Shown here piece by piece: positions 9,306 to 19,413 of a stretch of DNA of 64,000 nt; within the stretch, counting starts at the first letter, position 1, and each line of letters begins with the position of its first letter. A program made the position numbers and the translations under genes. Location of the stretch: positions 62,001 through 126,000 of the IMG/VR virus record IMGVR_UViG_3300032287_003113; one strand, 5' to 3'. The notes beneath the pieces are model-generated. The model saw nothing but the letters and a program-made list of their open reading frames with translations. It made no database searches and was not told where the DNA came from.

Positions 9306-12300
9306 TTAAGTTGACGATGTACCTAGGCTTGCTAACGCACCTGGGTTATACAACGCGATAGGAATGTAAATAAACTCAACATCACGTGCTGGCTCAATCG
9401 CAACATCAACATACAGTTGGTTGTTAGCAATGGTGCTAGAAGTGTTATTACTGCTATCACATACCACCAAGAAATCGTAAATACCACGTTTGCTCAAAAT
9501 GTCGTTTAATGCACTTTCAATTTGAGTTGAGATTGACTTACGTGTGACTTGATCGTTTGGCTCAAACAAGTAACCATTGGATATGGATTTAAATATGGTT
9601 CTTAGATAGTTTTCTAAACGAACCACGTTTACACGATTACGTGCTGTACTTGTACCCGACTTGGTCTCTTGACCCCATACCACAATACCAACTCCTGGTA
9701 ACTGTGTGATTGGGTTGATGTTCATGGTATACAAACTGTCACGTAGACCTTGTCCAATTGAGTTGTGAGTCCATGCGCCTGTGTTGGCATCAACATAACC
9801 AACATCTTGAATGTTGCTTACTAGACCACGATGTGTTCCAGCTGGAGCAAACCAAGGATAGCTGACGTTGTCACTGTACAAGAATGTGCGTAACACTGAA
9901 TAACTTGCAGGAACTGCTACGGTGTTACCAGTCAAGTCGGTTGTTACACCGCTTGGATAGTAAACAGCCAGGTATGGACTTGCTGTTGCTAGACCATTAC
10001 CGTCTGTGTTGCTGTTCCAATTATTAATTGCTGTGCTTGTAGCAGCCAATGTCATTGGTGTGTCGCCAATAACAAAACCTGTGTCGCCACGATCTGAGTT
10101 CAATGTTACTAAATTGTCAATCAACTCTGGGTAACCAGGAGCTACCAACAAGTTAAATTGATACAGGTCTTCGCGAACTTCTAAATTGCTGTCAATAGCA
10201 CTAGACATAGCAGCAACAACAATGGCTCGTTGTGCAGCTGTACCAGCTTTCATTGATCCATCTGTGTTCAATCCACTGGAGCTAACCCATGCACCAGCTT
10301 CTGCTGGCAAACTGGTTGGTAAGCCAATACTGTTAGCACCAACATCTGGGAAACTTACATCATTGTAGTAGTTTGATCTGTACTGTTTGACATTGTAGCC
10401 TGAGCGACGTGTGTTAAACAATAGTGCGCCACGCGGATATAAGCGATAGTCTGGAGCATCTAGATCAAGATAGTTACTGGTTAACAAACTGGTGATTGCT
10501 GGCAAATCATCAACGATCGGATCTTTGGTGCCATCTGTGTCCCAACGTGCATCAGCAAACACAATACCATTGCTGGTTGTTTGATCTGATGTGTTAATAG
10601 CAGCCCAGGCTGTGCCTGTGTAGCGATATAGTTTAGGATAATTAATTAGATCACTAGTATCTAACCACAAATCGCCTGCTACCAATGCACTGGCATCGCT
10701 TTGTGTGAGTGGTTCTGTGGCAGTAACAATAACGCCGGCTGGATCTGTGTTGCCCAGGTTGTAACCACGACTGTCACTGCTTACGTTTTGATAGCCTTTC
10801 CAACCATTGTTGTTGATCATGATGTCAACATCAGCAGCACTACTGTAATACCAGTATGTGCCATTGGCTGGAGCAGCATATGGAGCTGAATCGGTTATTT
10901 CAAGTTGACTTTCATGTGTCAAATTATTGAACGCAGAAATTACAAAAGCGCCGGTCACGGTATTTTTTATATATCCAGACCCTTTTGTAGCTTCTCCATC
11001 TGCATCTGCTGCAAATCCAGCAGCAGTCAATGGAGTTCCACTAACATCTAACAGTATCAATTGACCACCAGTTTGGTGTGTGATTTTGATTGTGCCGTTG
11101 CTTTCAACACTGGCTGTCACATAAGGAATGTTGGCAGATAAAATGTCAGTCACAAATGAAGCAGTTGTTGTGCCCGACAAAGTAATTGTTGTTGCAGCAC
11201 CAACTTCTTCAACGCCAGGTGTGGTGTAGTCAATACTGAAGCTGTTACCTGCGGTAAATGTTGTAGGAGTTCCTGTAAAGGCAACCGATTCTCCGTTGGG
11301 TTCGTAGGCAGTACGAGCTCTGTGATTGTAAAATCTTAGACCGTTGCTGGTGGTATCATTTACACTATAAGTTACAATGGTTTGACCTTCGGCAATGTTT
11401 ACGCCACCGCCTATAGGATCAAGACCATAAACAGCATTGTCGGTGTTTAAAAACGCTGGCACATTTAATGCTTGGAAAGTACCTGTGGCTGAACTGTATT
11501 TTTTCATTATAGGATTTAGACCAGCGCCGGTAGATCCCAATTTCCACCAGATACTGCCGGTTGGACGTGGTTGGGAGTCTGTGGTAAACCAACCACCACT
11601 GGGAGTTTCAGCATAATCACCGTAGAACAAGTATGGTGCAAAATAAGTACCAGGAGTAATTCCCAGTATTGTGCTTACATTCATTGTGCCGCTAGCCACT
11701 GTGACTCTGCCGCTAGTAGCAGCACTTGTACAGAATAACACAAGTTTACCGCCAACTGCAGCCGCTTTAACACCTGTGATAGCCGCTGTATTGATATCGC
11801 TGGCCAAGGTGGTAGATGTTATACCTGTTGCAATAACGGTGCTTCCGTTAAGAACCAATGTTTGTCCGATTGTAACGCCCGGTTGAGCAATGGTGCCGGT
11901 TACAGCCGGTGTTGACAACTGCCAAGCAGTAGATCCTACTTGTACCCAGACATTTGATCCGGGTCCACCAGTTCCTGTAGCAACTGAATCGGTTCCAGTC
12001 TTTTTCCATAGACGCAATACATTAGGGTTTGTACCATCGGTGTCTACTGCTACAATGGCGTAGGTACCAATTGCACCAACAGATTGTTTGGGTTTTGGTA
12101 CATTGTAAGCAAAAGCATTGTCGTTTTCAACTTGAGTAGAATCTGTGATCACTAAAGGAGTAACGTGGTCAAAATCGACATCAGTGCGATTCAAACTGTA
12201 AATACCCCATTCTGTATTAACTGAGTCTAACCAGTATGTTCCATCAGCAGGTGTGTTGCTTGGACGCACACTGGTACCGACCAATTGATCCAGGTCAATG

Positions 12301-12632
12301 TCGGCACGAATAGCATATAACTGATTGCCTAGGCCCAAGGCACTATAAGCTGTCATTAATCCGTATTCGTTTAGTTCGCCAGCGTGTATTGGTGTACCCG
12401 CAGAACTTAGTCGGAATGTGGGTGTGCCCATTGCTGTCACCAAGTCACGCTGACTGGTAAAGCTCTGCAATTTGCCTGCATTGGCTGCAGATGTACCCGA
12501 TGCTATTGCACCGTTATAAGTCTTATCTTGTGCTGTTGCTAATACCACTAGTGGTACTGATCCAACTGCGTTAGATACGTATTGACTCTGATCGTTAATG
12601 GAAATTTGAATTCCTGGGGAAACTAGTGCCAT
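9306..12632 (-). CDS. gp18: Tail sheath protein (enlarged, 1108 aa)
   Basis: MALVSPGIQI N-terminus; C-terminal YPWFAPAG..RG, INPI, WGQET, RVNVVRL, LFEPND, VVCDSSNN, IEPARDVEFIYI. Confidence 0.95.
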   Translation of the reverse strand: MALVSPGIQISINDQSQYVSNAVGSVPLVVLATAQDKTYNGAIASGTSAANAGKLQSFTSQRDLVTAMGTPTFRLSSAGTPIHAGELNEYGLMTAYSALGLGNQLYAIRADIDLDQLVGTSVRPSNTPADGTYWLDSVNTEWGIYSLNRTDVDFDHVTPLVITDSTQVENDNAFAYNVPKPKQSVGAIGTYAIVAVDTDGTNPNVLRLWKKTGTDSVATGTGGPGSNVWVQVGSTAWQLSTPAVTGTIAQPGVTIGQTLVLNGSTVIATGITSTTLASDINTAAITGVKAAAVGGKLVLFCTSAATSGRVTVASGTMNVSTILGITPGTYFAPYLFYGDYAETPSGGWFTTDSQPRPTGSIWWKLGSTGAGLNPIMKKYSSATGTFQALNVPAFLNTDNAVYGLDPIGGGVNIAEGQTIVTYSVNDTTSNGLRFYNHRARTAYEPNGESVAFTGTPTTFTAGNSFSIDYTTPGVEEVGAATTITLSGTTTASFVTDILSANIPYVTASVESNGTIKITHQTGGQLILLDVSGTPLTAAGFAADADGEATKGSGYIKNTVTGAFVISAFNNLTHESQLEITDSAPYAAPANGTYWYYSSAADVDIMINNNGWKGYQNVSSDSRGYNLGNTDPAGVIVTATEPLTQSDASALVAGDLWLDTSDLINYPKLYRYTGTAWAAINTSDQTTSNGIVFADARWDTDGTKDPIVDDLPAITSLLTSNYLDLDAPDYRLYPRGALLFNTRRSGYNVKQYRSNYYNDVSFPDVGANSIGLPTSLPAEAGAWVSSSGLNTDGSMKAGTAAQRAIVVAAMSSAIDSNLEVREDLYQFNLLVAPGYPELIDNLVTLNSDRGDTGFVIGDTPMTLAATSTAINNWNSNTDGNGLATASPYLAVYYPSGVTTDLTGNTVAVPASYSVLRTFLYSDNVSYPWFAPAGTHRGLVSNIQDVGYVDANTGAWTHNSIGQGLRDSLYTMNINPITQLPGVGIVVWGQETKSGTSTARNRVNVVRLENYLRTIFKSISNGYLFEPNDQVTRKSISTQIESALNDILSKRGIYDFLVVCDSSNNTSSTIANNQLYVDVAIEPARDVEFIYIPIALYNPGALASLGTSST

Positions 12633-12663
12633 GGTTATAATCCTTTATATATCATGTTAAAGT

Positions 12664-12740
12664 TATTTATTACGAAGTGGCATTTTTTGGGCACAATGGT
12701 GCCCTTATTTAAGGTTTGTTAATGCGTTTGCGGTTAAATA
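12664..12740. promoter_or_regulatory. Divergent late promoters (sheath leftward, HNH rightward) with a central hairpin
   Basis: ATAAATA on - at 12664-12670; TAAATA on + at 12735-12740; GGGCAC-AATG-GTGCCC at 12689-12704. Confidence 0.65.
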
Positions 12741-12744
12741 CAGT

Positions 12745-13092
12745 ATGACCAGACCGTTATGCCCGACTTGTAATGCCAGACCCGTAGCTATCAATTGCTA
12801 TCGTGGCGAACACACCTACTATCGTCGGCAATGCGACGCTTGTTTACGTATAGGGAAAAAATTAAAACCCAAACCGCCAGCTTGGGCCCAGAGTGGTTAT
12901 AAGAAAAAAGAACGTTGCGAACTATGCAACTTCAAAGCCAAACATATAAAACAGTTGTTTGTGTATCATGTGGATGGCAATTTAAAAAATACCAACACGT
13001 TCAATTTGAAAACTGTGTGTGCCAATTGCACCATTGAATTAGCCGTTAGTCAGATGCCGTGGCGGCAGGCTCCGCTAGTACCAGATTTTTAA
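12745..13092 (+). CDS. Zn-finger/HNH-like protein
   Basis: Four CxxC pairs; HVDGNLKNTNTFNLKTVCANC. Confidence 0.7.
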   Translation: MTRPLCPTCNARPVAINCYRGEHTYYRRQCDACLRIGKKLKPKPPAWAQSGYKKKERCELCNFKAKHIKQLFVYHVDGNLKNTNTFNLKTVCANCTIELAVSQMPWRQAPLVPDF

Positions 13093-13687
13093 TGTTTGTG
13101 TACAACTCATCAATGGTGCCGTTGTTGTCAATTTCATAATCAAATCGAGTACCTACCCAGGCAGTTTCACTGATGTGAACACCTTGTGCCAGTAAGTATG
13201 CCACAGCACTTTGCACCTGTTGATTGGCTGCCACTGCTGAATCATACCAGTATGGCAATATACCGCGTTTGACCCAGACAATTTTACCGCCGGCGTTGCG
13301 TATGCTTTGTATTTCATTAGGGAATCGCACATCACTGATGACAGTATTGTCGCTACGACGGCTTAGACGTGCTTCTAGTGCAGCAATCCAGATATCATCA
13401 TGGAATGCTCGACGACATACCTCAGTACCCCAGTATTGCAACACCCAACGTGGGGTAAGATTTGGCATATTTAAACGCTTTGCCCACCAGGCATCCACCT
13501 GTTCTCTCCAGGCTCTAGCTTCTGGAGTACGACCTTCTAATAGCTCTCGGTCCCATCCAAACACAGCCGCCACAGCATCTTTGAGTGTGCCAGCAAAGCT
13601 GTCTCTACGATAGCCGTGAAACCCAACCAAATAGTCAGCAATGGTATCTTTACCGCTACCAATAAACCCACATACGCCGATGATCAT
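13046..13687 (-). CDS. gp1: Deoxynucleoside monophosphate kinase
   Basis: GFIGSGKDT P-loop, FAGTLKD, TPRWVLQYWGTE, ISDVRFPNE, HISE. Confidence 0.92.
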   Translation of the reverse strand: MIIGVCGFIGSGKDTIADYLVGFHGYRRDSFAGTLKDAVAAVFGWDRELLEGRTPEARAWREQVDAWWAKRLNMPNLTPRWVLQYWGTEVCRRAFHDDIWIAALEARLSRRSDNTVISDVRFPNEIQSIRNAGGKIVWVKRGILPYWYDSAVAANQQVQSAVAYLLAQGVHISETAWVGTRFDYEIDNNGTIDELYTNIKNLVLAEPAATASD

Positions 13688-13691
13688 AAAA

Positions 13692-13742
13692 AATGCTCCG
13701 TGTTATAGGAGCATTGTAACATGTTTCGTCGTAGTGTGTCAA
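13692..13742 (-). promoter_or_regulatory. Sigma70-type promoter overlapping a terminator/SD-sequestering hairpin
   Basis: TTGACA(13737-42)-18-TACAAT(13713-18) with TGn extension; hairpin AATGCTCC/GGAGCATT 13692-13715 plus U-tract. Confidence 0.75.
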
Positions 13743-13743
13743 G

Positions 13744-14700
13744 TTAGCCGGTTACCCAGGTTAGTGGCTGACTTCCATCTACGTAGGTTTTTAATTCTTC
13801 TTCTAGTTTTTCCATTTCGGCCAAGGCTTCTTGTTTGAGAGCATCGCCATTTAGACTTGCTCCACCTTGTGGTCCGGCAATTTGGCTGAACTTGCTACGT
13901 GCTTCTCCCAAAATACGCTTGCAGAAGCTATAGGCGTACTCTTGAATCCAAGGAAAAGCATAGGTGTCATTGAGAATCATTTGGTCTGGTTTGGTATTGT
14001 ACATCCAAAGCAGTACACTTTCTTGTTGATCTATTGGGGGATTAACACCCTGGAACGGCATTTTACGAACCACTGTTAATTTTTTAGTTGTGGGATTGAA
14101 TGTGTAATTCATAAAGCCACCAAACATCTTCATGGCCAATTTTTGATAGTCTACAAATAGCTCGTAATTTGTTAGTCCTCCCACACGACCTGCTACCAGC
14201 ATGTATGTGTTCAAGTATCCGGACGCAAACGGTTCAAATTGGCTAGCAGTTGTACCTGTCACGCTGCCGATACCACGACGATAAACAGCACGGACTGTTT
14301 GTACTTCTTTGGGTAAAATATATTCCTGCGTTTCAGGCATCAACTGTAAATGACAGTAACTTTCTTCTACGCTATTCTGTGCTTTTTGACGATACTTGAT
14401 CAAGGCCTGTGTAATGCCCATTTCATAGTGTTCTTTGTCTAGCTCAACATCAACAATGCCATCGCCTAGACGCATACGAACATAATCAGTGATTGCGGCT
14501 CGTAGACTGTTGGTGGTGCTGCCGTATTCCCAGTTAGGATCTGTGACGCCGCTTTGACTTACAGTGGCACTTCCTGGAAAAGCTATGTGTGCGCCGGACT
14601 GTGTACCTGTGTTGGCGTTGAACAGGCTGGCTGTATCTATGTTGTTCTTAGCGTCGTATCCAGCTTCAGCTGTTACGTTACCTGCAAATGGTGTGGCCAT
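13744..14700 (-). CDS. gp13: Neck protein
   Basis: DYVRMRLGDGIVDVELDKEH...WIQEYAYSFCKRILGEARSKF...GPQGGASLNG. Confidence 0.85.
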   Translation of the reverse strand: MATPFAGNVTAEAGYDAKNNIDTASLFNANTGTQSGAHIAFPGSATVSQSGVTDPNWEYGSTTNSLRAAITDYVRMRLGDGIVDVELDKEHYEMGITQALIKYRQKAQNSVEESYCHLQLMPETQEYILPKEVQTVRAVYRRGIGSVTGTTASQFEPFASGYLNTYMLVAGRVGGLTNYELFVDYQKLAMKMFGGFMNYTFNPTTKKLTVVRKMPFQGVNPPIDQQESVLLWMYNTKPDQMILNDTYAFPWIQEYAYSFCKRILGEARSKFSQIAGPQGGASLNGDALKQEALAEMEKLEEELKTYVDGSQPLTWVTG

Positions 14701-14719
14701 TGATTACTCCGTTATACAG

Positions 14720-14726
14720 TATTTAT
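14720..14726 (-). promoter_or_regulatory. Late promoter for gp13
   Basis: AATAAATA...GGAG...ATG. Confidence 0.7.
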
Positions 14727-15907
14727 TACTGTACACGAAGTAAGATGGTTTCTAGATTGATACGTCCGTTGAGCTTGGTTTCTGTGGCTTTGATATTGTC
14801 CAAGAACTTACGCAACTCCACTTTGGTAGCACGAGCAAACTCCTTGAGCTTTTCCTCGGGTTTACGTAGTGTTTTTGACGTAGATCTGTGTTCATCGTAG
14901 CCAATAATGCCGGTTCCTTTGACGTTTAAAGGTCCTTTTAAACTGTCAGCTATGTACTTGCCCAGCTTGCGTGTTTTGGTATTATAAACCCATAGCTCTT
15001 GTGCGCCAATGATGTCTGCGGGATTGACGCTGATCAGTCGCATGACCTTGTCTTCTCGGGCATACTTGAGCTTGCTGACTACTTTTTCTTTGCTTACCGA
15101 TTTAGGAGCACGTACCTTCTTGGTGGCTTTTTTAACTCCGCGATATTGAATAATGTCGTTTAGGATTTGATCAATAAAAGCAAATATACGTTTGAAGTCT
15201 GCGGTTTTATAATGGCTGTATCCTTCTTGTAGCTGTTCGTCGGCTCGTTCAAATGCCAGTTTAAGTTCATCGAACCTGGCTTGATATACTGCTTCGTACT
15301 TGCTTAACTGACTTTGAGGGACATTGTTGGCCACAAGATAATCATAAGGCTTGAACTGATACTTGGGATTTGCAATAAATTCATCATAGTGTCCTTCTAG
15401 TTCGCCGATGGTGTCGGCTGTTTTTTCGTTTAGTCTGTCCTGGATGGTAGGAACATGGGCTCGGGGTTTTTCTTCTACCACAACTTCAACAACTTCTTCT
15501 GCACTTTTACTGTTGATGCTTTCAAGTATGTTGGCATCAATGAACTCGATGTGTCGTTCCTGTAAAGGCATGCCTTGGCGATGTGCCATGATGAGTCCGC
15601 AAGTGGTCATGCTTACTGTACGGTCGCTGGCACGTTCGAATGCTCGGATTTCATCGGCATCGAAGTCCTTGACCACTTTCATCCAGGCAACCACGTGCTT
15701 TTTTAAATCCTTTTGAGTATAGAAATAATTGTAATAGGTCAAGCTCTTACGCATGAAGTGGTCAAATTCTTCGAACGACATGGCCTTGGCACGTTCAGTG
15801 TCCCACTTGGGTTCTTCGCCTATGTACTTTTCATCAAGTAATAAACTGTTTCTGGGTGTTGCTTTTTTAGTCTTGCTTGTTTTACCGTTGATTTTGATAT
15901 TTGCCAT
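14726..15907 (-). CDS. Hypothetical protein (393 aa, basic C-terminal domain)
   Basis: Long ORF with AAGGA SD, downstream of a sigma70-type promoter; no family recognised. Confidence 0.7.
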   Translation of the reverse strand: MANIKINGKTSKTKKATPRNSLLLDEKYIGEEPKWDTERAKAMSFEEFDHFMRKSLTYYNYFYTQKDLKKHVVAWMKVVKDFDADEIRAFERASDRTVSMTTCGLIMAHRQGMPLQERHIEFIDANILESINSKSAEEVVEVVVEEKPRAHVPTIQDRLNEKTADTIGELEGHYDEFIANPKYQFKPYDYLVANNVPQSQLSKYEAVYQARFDELKLAFERADEQLQEGYSHYKTADFKRIFAFIDQILNDIIQYRGVKKATKKVRAPKSVSKEKVVSKLKYAREDKVMRLISVNPADIIGAQELWVYNTKTRKLGKYIADSLKGPLNVKGTGIIGYDEHRSTSKTLRKPEEKLKEFARATKVELRKFLDNIKATETKLNGRINLETILLRVQ

Positions 15908-15916
15908 AGTGAATCC

Positions 15917-16168
15917 TTAGTTTAATAGTGTGGCTAAAACAATATACTGTTCCAGTGTTGTCAATGTTTCTAATAATTTATCATTAAGTTCTTTGTATTG
16001 TACAGTATTTTTTCCTACTTTGCGACAGTTAATTTCTTCTTTACTTATTTCACGCTGTATATCATGGCAATTCTTCCAGATCTTTTTCAAATCTGTGCTT
16101 TGATGTCCGGGCAATTTAACTATAGTGAAAAAAGCCTGGTCCAAACGATACTTGATGTCCGGGTCCAT
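15917..16168 (-). CDS. Small hypothetical protein (probably leaderless, MDPDIKY...)
   Basis: Start moved to ATG 16168 because the longer ORF begins inside the -10 box. Confidence 0.6.
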   Translation of the reverse strand: MDPDIKYRLDQAFFTIVKLPGHQSTDLKKIWKNCHDIQREISKEEINCRKVGKNTVQYKELNDKLLETLTTLEQYIVLATLLN

Positions 16169-16174
16169 AACAAC

Positions 16175-16203
16175 ATTATACATTAAAAGGATTTATGGGT
16201 CAA
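16175..16203 (-). promoter_or_regulatory. Sigma70-type early promoter
   Basis: TTGACC-17 nt-TATAAT. Confidence 0.8.
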
Positions 16204-16209
16204 GCCACG

Positions 16210-16216
16210 ATAAATA
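16210..16216 (+). promoter_or_regulatory. Late promoter for gp14-gp15-NUDIX
   Basis: GATAAATA...AGGA...ATG 16238. Confidence 0.7.
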
Positions 16217-16237
16217 CTACAATTAACAGGATTCTAT

Positions 16238-17608
16238 ATGCCACGTTTAAGCCTTTGGCAAGATGGTAAACACTCAAATGATTACAAGTTCATGGATAGA
16301 CGCATATCCGAAATGTTTACCATTGGTGGTACGGGTATCCTGGTCAACAAATACCTGGGCGTAAATACCCAGGGCACCAACAAAGCCACCAGCGCCGCAC
16401 AGGTGTCTGTGGGTTTCAATTTGAGTTTTTCCAATACTACCGGAATCAATGTGGACGATTTTGCATTTGGTCCCGGTATTCCCAGCGGAGCACAGGTAGC
16501 CAGCAAAACCGCAACCACAGTAACATTAAACACAGTGACCACATCTGCTGTGGCCAGCGGAACAACTGTTGGCTTTGGCCCGGATGCTACCAAACCCAGT
16601 TACGCTAACCAAAGTGAACAAAACATACAAGACTTGCTGTGGTTAGAAAATCGTGATCGCAAGTATGATCGTGACGTTTACAAAATGCGTGGCATCTATC
16701 AACGTGCCGACCAAGATTTTGATCTGAGCCAATTTGGCCTGTTCTTGCAAACTGGAACTATCTTTATGGTGTTCCATCTGCGTGACATGGTTGATCAAAT
16801 TGGTCGTAAGTTGATTGCTGGCGATGTGCTAGAATTACAACACCTAAAAGATTACGATGCATTAGACGGAGATTTGCCTGCCGCATTAAAACGTTATTAT
16901 GTAGTAGGTGACGCCAGTTTTGCATCAGAAGGTTTTAGCCCAACTTGGTGGCCACACTTATGGCGTGTTAAACTTAATCCACTGGTAGACAGTCAAGAAT
17001 ACAAAGATATCTTAGATAACATTGCAGCCAGTGATACTACCACTACACCAGTAGGACAAATTCTAAGTACCTACAACACGTTTTTGGATATCAATCAAAG
17101 TATTATCACTCAAGCCGAAATTGATGTGCCAAAAAGTGGTTACGATACCAGTCCAATTTATACTTTACCCACTACTGCTAGCGGCAGTGATCCAATTGGT
17201 GCTCCTATCACTGCGGACAATGCCAGTATTAACTCTGGCAACACCAGTCCTACTGCGGACTCTGGTGTGTCAAGTCCGTTACGCAAGGTGTCTGGTTACT
17301 TGACCGGTGATGGTGTTGCTCCAAATGGTTTGTCTACTGGTGCTGGTGTTGCTTTCCCGGCCAATCCAACCGAAGGAGAATATTTCTTGCGTTTGGATTA
17401 CTTGCCAAATCGTCTGTTCCGCTACAGTGGACGTCATTGGGCTCGAGTAGAAGATGCTGTGAGAACTACCCTGACTCCGGGCACAGATAATAAGACACAA
17501 CGTGGTAGTTATGTAAATAATACTAACACTTACACAGATGCTGATGGTGTGACGCACAACGAACGTCAACCATTGAGTCGTGTACTAACACCGAAAGCAG
17601 ATAATTAA
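16238..17608 (+). CDS. gp14: Neck/head-closure protein (gp14-like) with insertions
   Basis: DLSQFGLFL...GDVLEL core; position immediately before the gp15-like gene. Confidence 0.65.
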   Translation: MPRLSLWQDGKHSNDYKFMDRRISEMFTIGGTGILVNKYLGVNTQGTNKATSAAQVSVGFNLSFSNTTGINVDDFAFGPGIPSGAQVASKTATTVTLNTVTTSAVASGTTVGFGPDATKPSYANQSEQNIQDLLWLENRDRKYDRDVYKMRGIYQRADQDFDLSQFGLFLQTGTIFMVFHLRDMVDQIGRKLIAGDVLELQHLKDYDALDGDLPAALKRYYVVGDASFASEGFSPTWWPHLWRVKLNPLVDSQEYKDILDNIAASDTTTTPVGQILSTYNTFLDINQSIITQAEIDVPKSGYDTSPIYTLPTTASGSDPIGAPITADNASINSGNTSPTADSGVSSPLRKVSGYLTGDGVAPNGLSTGAGVAFPANPTEGEYFLRLDYLPNRLFRYSGRHWARVEDAVRTTLTPGTDNKTQRGSYVNNTNTYTDADGVTHNERQPLSRVLTPKADN

Positions 17609-18984
17609 TGCCAGTTCAATTTGCCTATGATGGACAAATACGCCGTTTTGTCATGCAGTTTGTACGCATGGTATCAAACTTCCAAGTAGAATTTGGAAAG
17701 AATGCCAGCGGTAATCGTACCTTGCAAACTGTTCCTGTGTACTATGGAGATATCAGTCGCCAGGCTGCAATGATTTTAAACAATGGTAGCGAAAATACAC
17801 TCAATGCTGTACCGGCTATGGCTTGTTACATTAGTGGATTAACATATGATCAAAGCAGATTACAAAATCCCTACTACGAAGGTGTGGTTAGAATCAGAGA
17901 ACGCACCTACAACGATGTGGATCAAGAGTACGAACAAAGTCAAGATGGTATCTATACTGTAGAACGACTGATGCCAGCTCCATATAAACTAACTATGAAG
18001 TTGGACATATGGACCAGCAACACAGAACAAAAGCATCAGATGATTGAACAAATGATGCCCTTGTTCAACCCCGGCCTAGAAATACAAAGCACAGACAACT
18101 ATGTAGACTGGTCTAGTCTAAGTGTTGTGCTGTTGACTGATGTGCAATACTCTAGTAGAACTGTGCCGCAAGGCGGAGAAGAAAATATTGATGTGGCTAC
18201 ACTCACATTTGAAATGCCTATATGGCTCAGTCTACCTGCCAAAGTCAAGAAGATGGGTGTTGTTGCACAAATCATTGCCAGTATCTACGACGCACAAGGT
18301 GACCTGAGTCCCGATGTAGTGTTTGCAACACAGGGTTTAATGAGTCAACAAAGATTTACTCCGATGAATTATGAATTGGTCTATGTGGGCAACACCCTGA
18401 CTTTGTATAAAAACAATGCTACCGAAGCTGAAGATGGTGTGGTTTATGGCACCAAGGTGCGTTGGGCCAACCTGGTTAATTTATACGGCAAACTGACCAA
18501 TGGTATCAGCGAAGTTAGATTGACTTTTGCTTATCCAGACGGTCCGCACGAAATTGCTGGTACTGTTGCGTTTAGTCCCACAGATGAAACACAGTTGTTG
18601 TTTACTCCATTTGAAGCCACATTGCCGGCCAATACCTTGGATGCTGTTGATGCCATCATTGATCCAAGAAACGTTACTGTAGACAGCAATATATTAAGTC
18701 CTGCTGCAGGTACAAGATACTTGATATTGAATTCCATTGGCGACATTGCCACTGAAAGTCCTGTTGCTTGGGCTGGTGCTCCAGGTACCAACTTGATCGC
18801 TCGAGCCAACGACATCATTGAATGGAATGGTTCATATTGGATAGTAGCTTTTGACAGTAGAGAGCCTGCTGTGCAGTATGTATCCAACCTAACTACCACT
18901 GTGCAATATCGCTGGACCGGATCAGAGTGGGTCAAGAGTTATGAAGGCCTATACGGATCGGGCGAGTGGAGTTTGGTACTGTAA
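17608..18984 (+). CDS. gp15: Tail terminator / sheath stabiliser with C-terminal extension
   Basis: YDGQIRRFV..F, VPVYYG, MPAPYKLTMKLDIW, QMIEQMMPLFNP, TLTFEMPIW. Confidence 0.85.
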   Translation: MPVQFAYDGQIRRFVMQFVRMVSNFQVEFGKNASGNRTLQTVPVYYGDISRQAAMILNNGSENTLNAVPAMACYISGLTYDQSRLQNPYYEGVVRIRERTYNDVDQEYEQSQDGIYTVERLMPAPYKLTMKLDIWTSNTEQKHQMIEQMMPLFNPGLEIQSTDNYVDWSSLSVVLLTDVQYSSRTVPQGGEENIDVATLTFEMPIWLSLPAKVKKMGVVAQIIASIYDAQGDLSPDVVFATQGLMSQQRFTPMNYELVYVGNTLTLYKNNATEAEDGVVYGTKVRWANLVNLYGKLTNGISEVRLTFAYPDGPHEIAGTVAFSPTDETQLLFTPFEATLPANTLDAVDAIIDPRNVTVDSNILSPAAGTRYLILNSIGDIATESPVAWAGAPGTNLIARANDIIEWNGSYWIVAFDSREPAVQYVSNLTTTVQYRWTGSEWVKSYEGLYGSGEWSLVL

Positions 18985-19412
18985 TGGCCGCACACACCGA
19001 GGGCGTTGGTGCATTAATTTACGCTCGATCATCTAATCGTTACTTGTTCTTGTTGAGAAACAAAAGCCGACATGCTGGATCCTGGGGAATTGTGGGTGGA
19101 AAAATTGAAACAGGTGAGACTGTCATACACGGGCTAGTTAGAGAAATACGTGAAGAAATTGGTGTTGACTATTCTGCTCGTAAATTTATTCCATTAGAAA
19201 CGTTTACCGCAGACAATCGTAAATTTGTTTATTATACATTTGTGGTCAGTGTAGAAGAAGAATTTGTGCCACGCTTGAATGATGAGCATCGTGGATATTG
19301 CTGGGTAGGATTAAATGATCATCCAATGCCGTTGCATCCAGGACTTTGGCGAAGTTTTAATTTTGACATTGTCAAAAAGAAAATTAAAACTTTAGAATCA
19401 ATCTTAAAATAA
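18984..19412 (+). CDS. NUDIX hydrolase
   Basis: GGKIETGETVIHGLVREIREEIG Nudix box; start at the TAATG overlap with the gp15 stop. Confidence 0.9.
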   Translation: MAAHTEGVGALIYARSSNRYLFLLRNKSRHAGSWGIVGGKIETGETVIHGLVREIREEIGVDYSARKFIPLETFTADNRKFVYYTFVVSVEEEFVPRLNDEHRGYCWVGLNDHPMPLHPGLWRSFNFDIVKKKIKTLESILK

Positions 19413-19413
19413 A

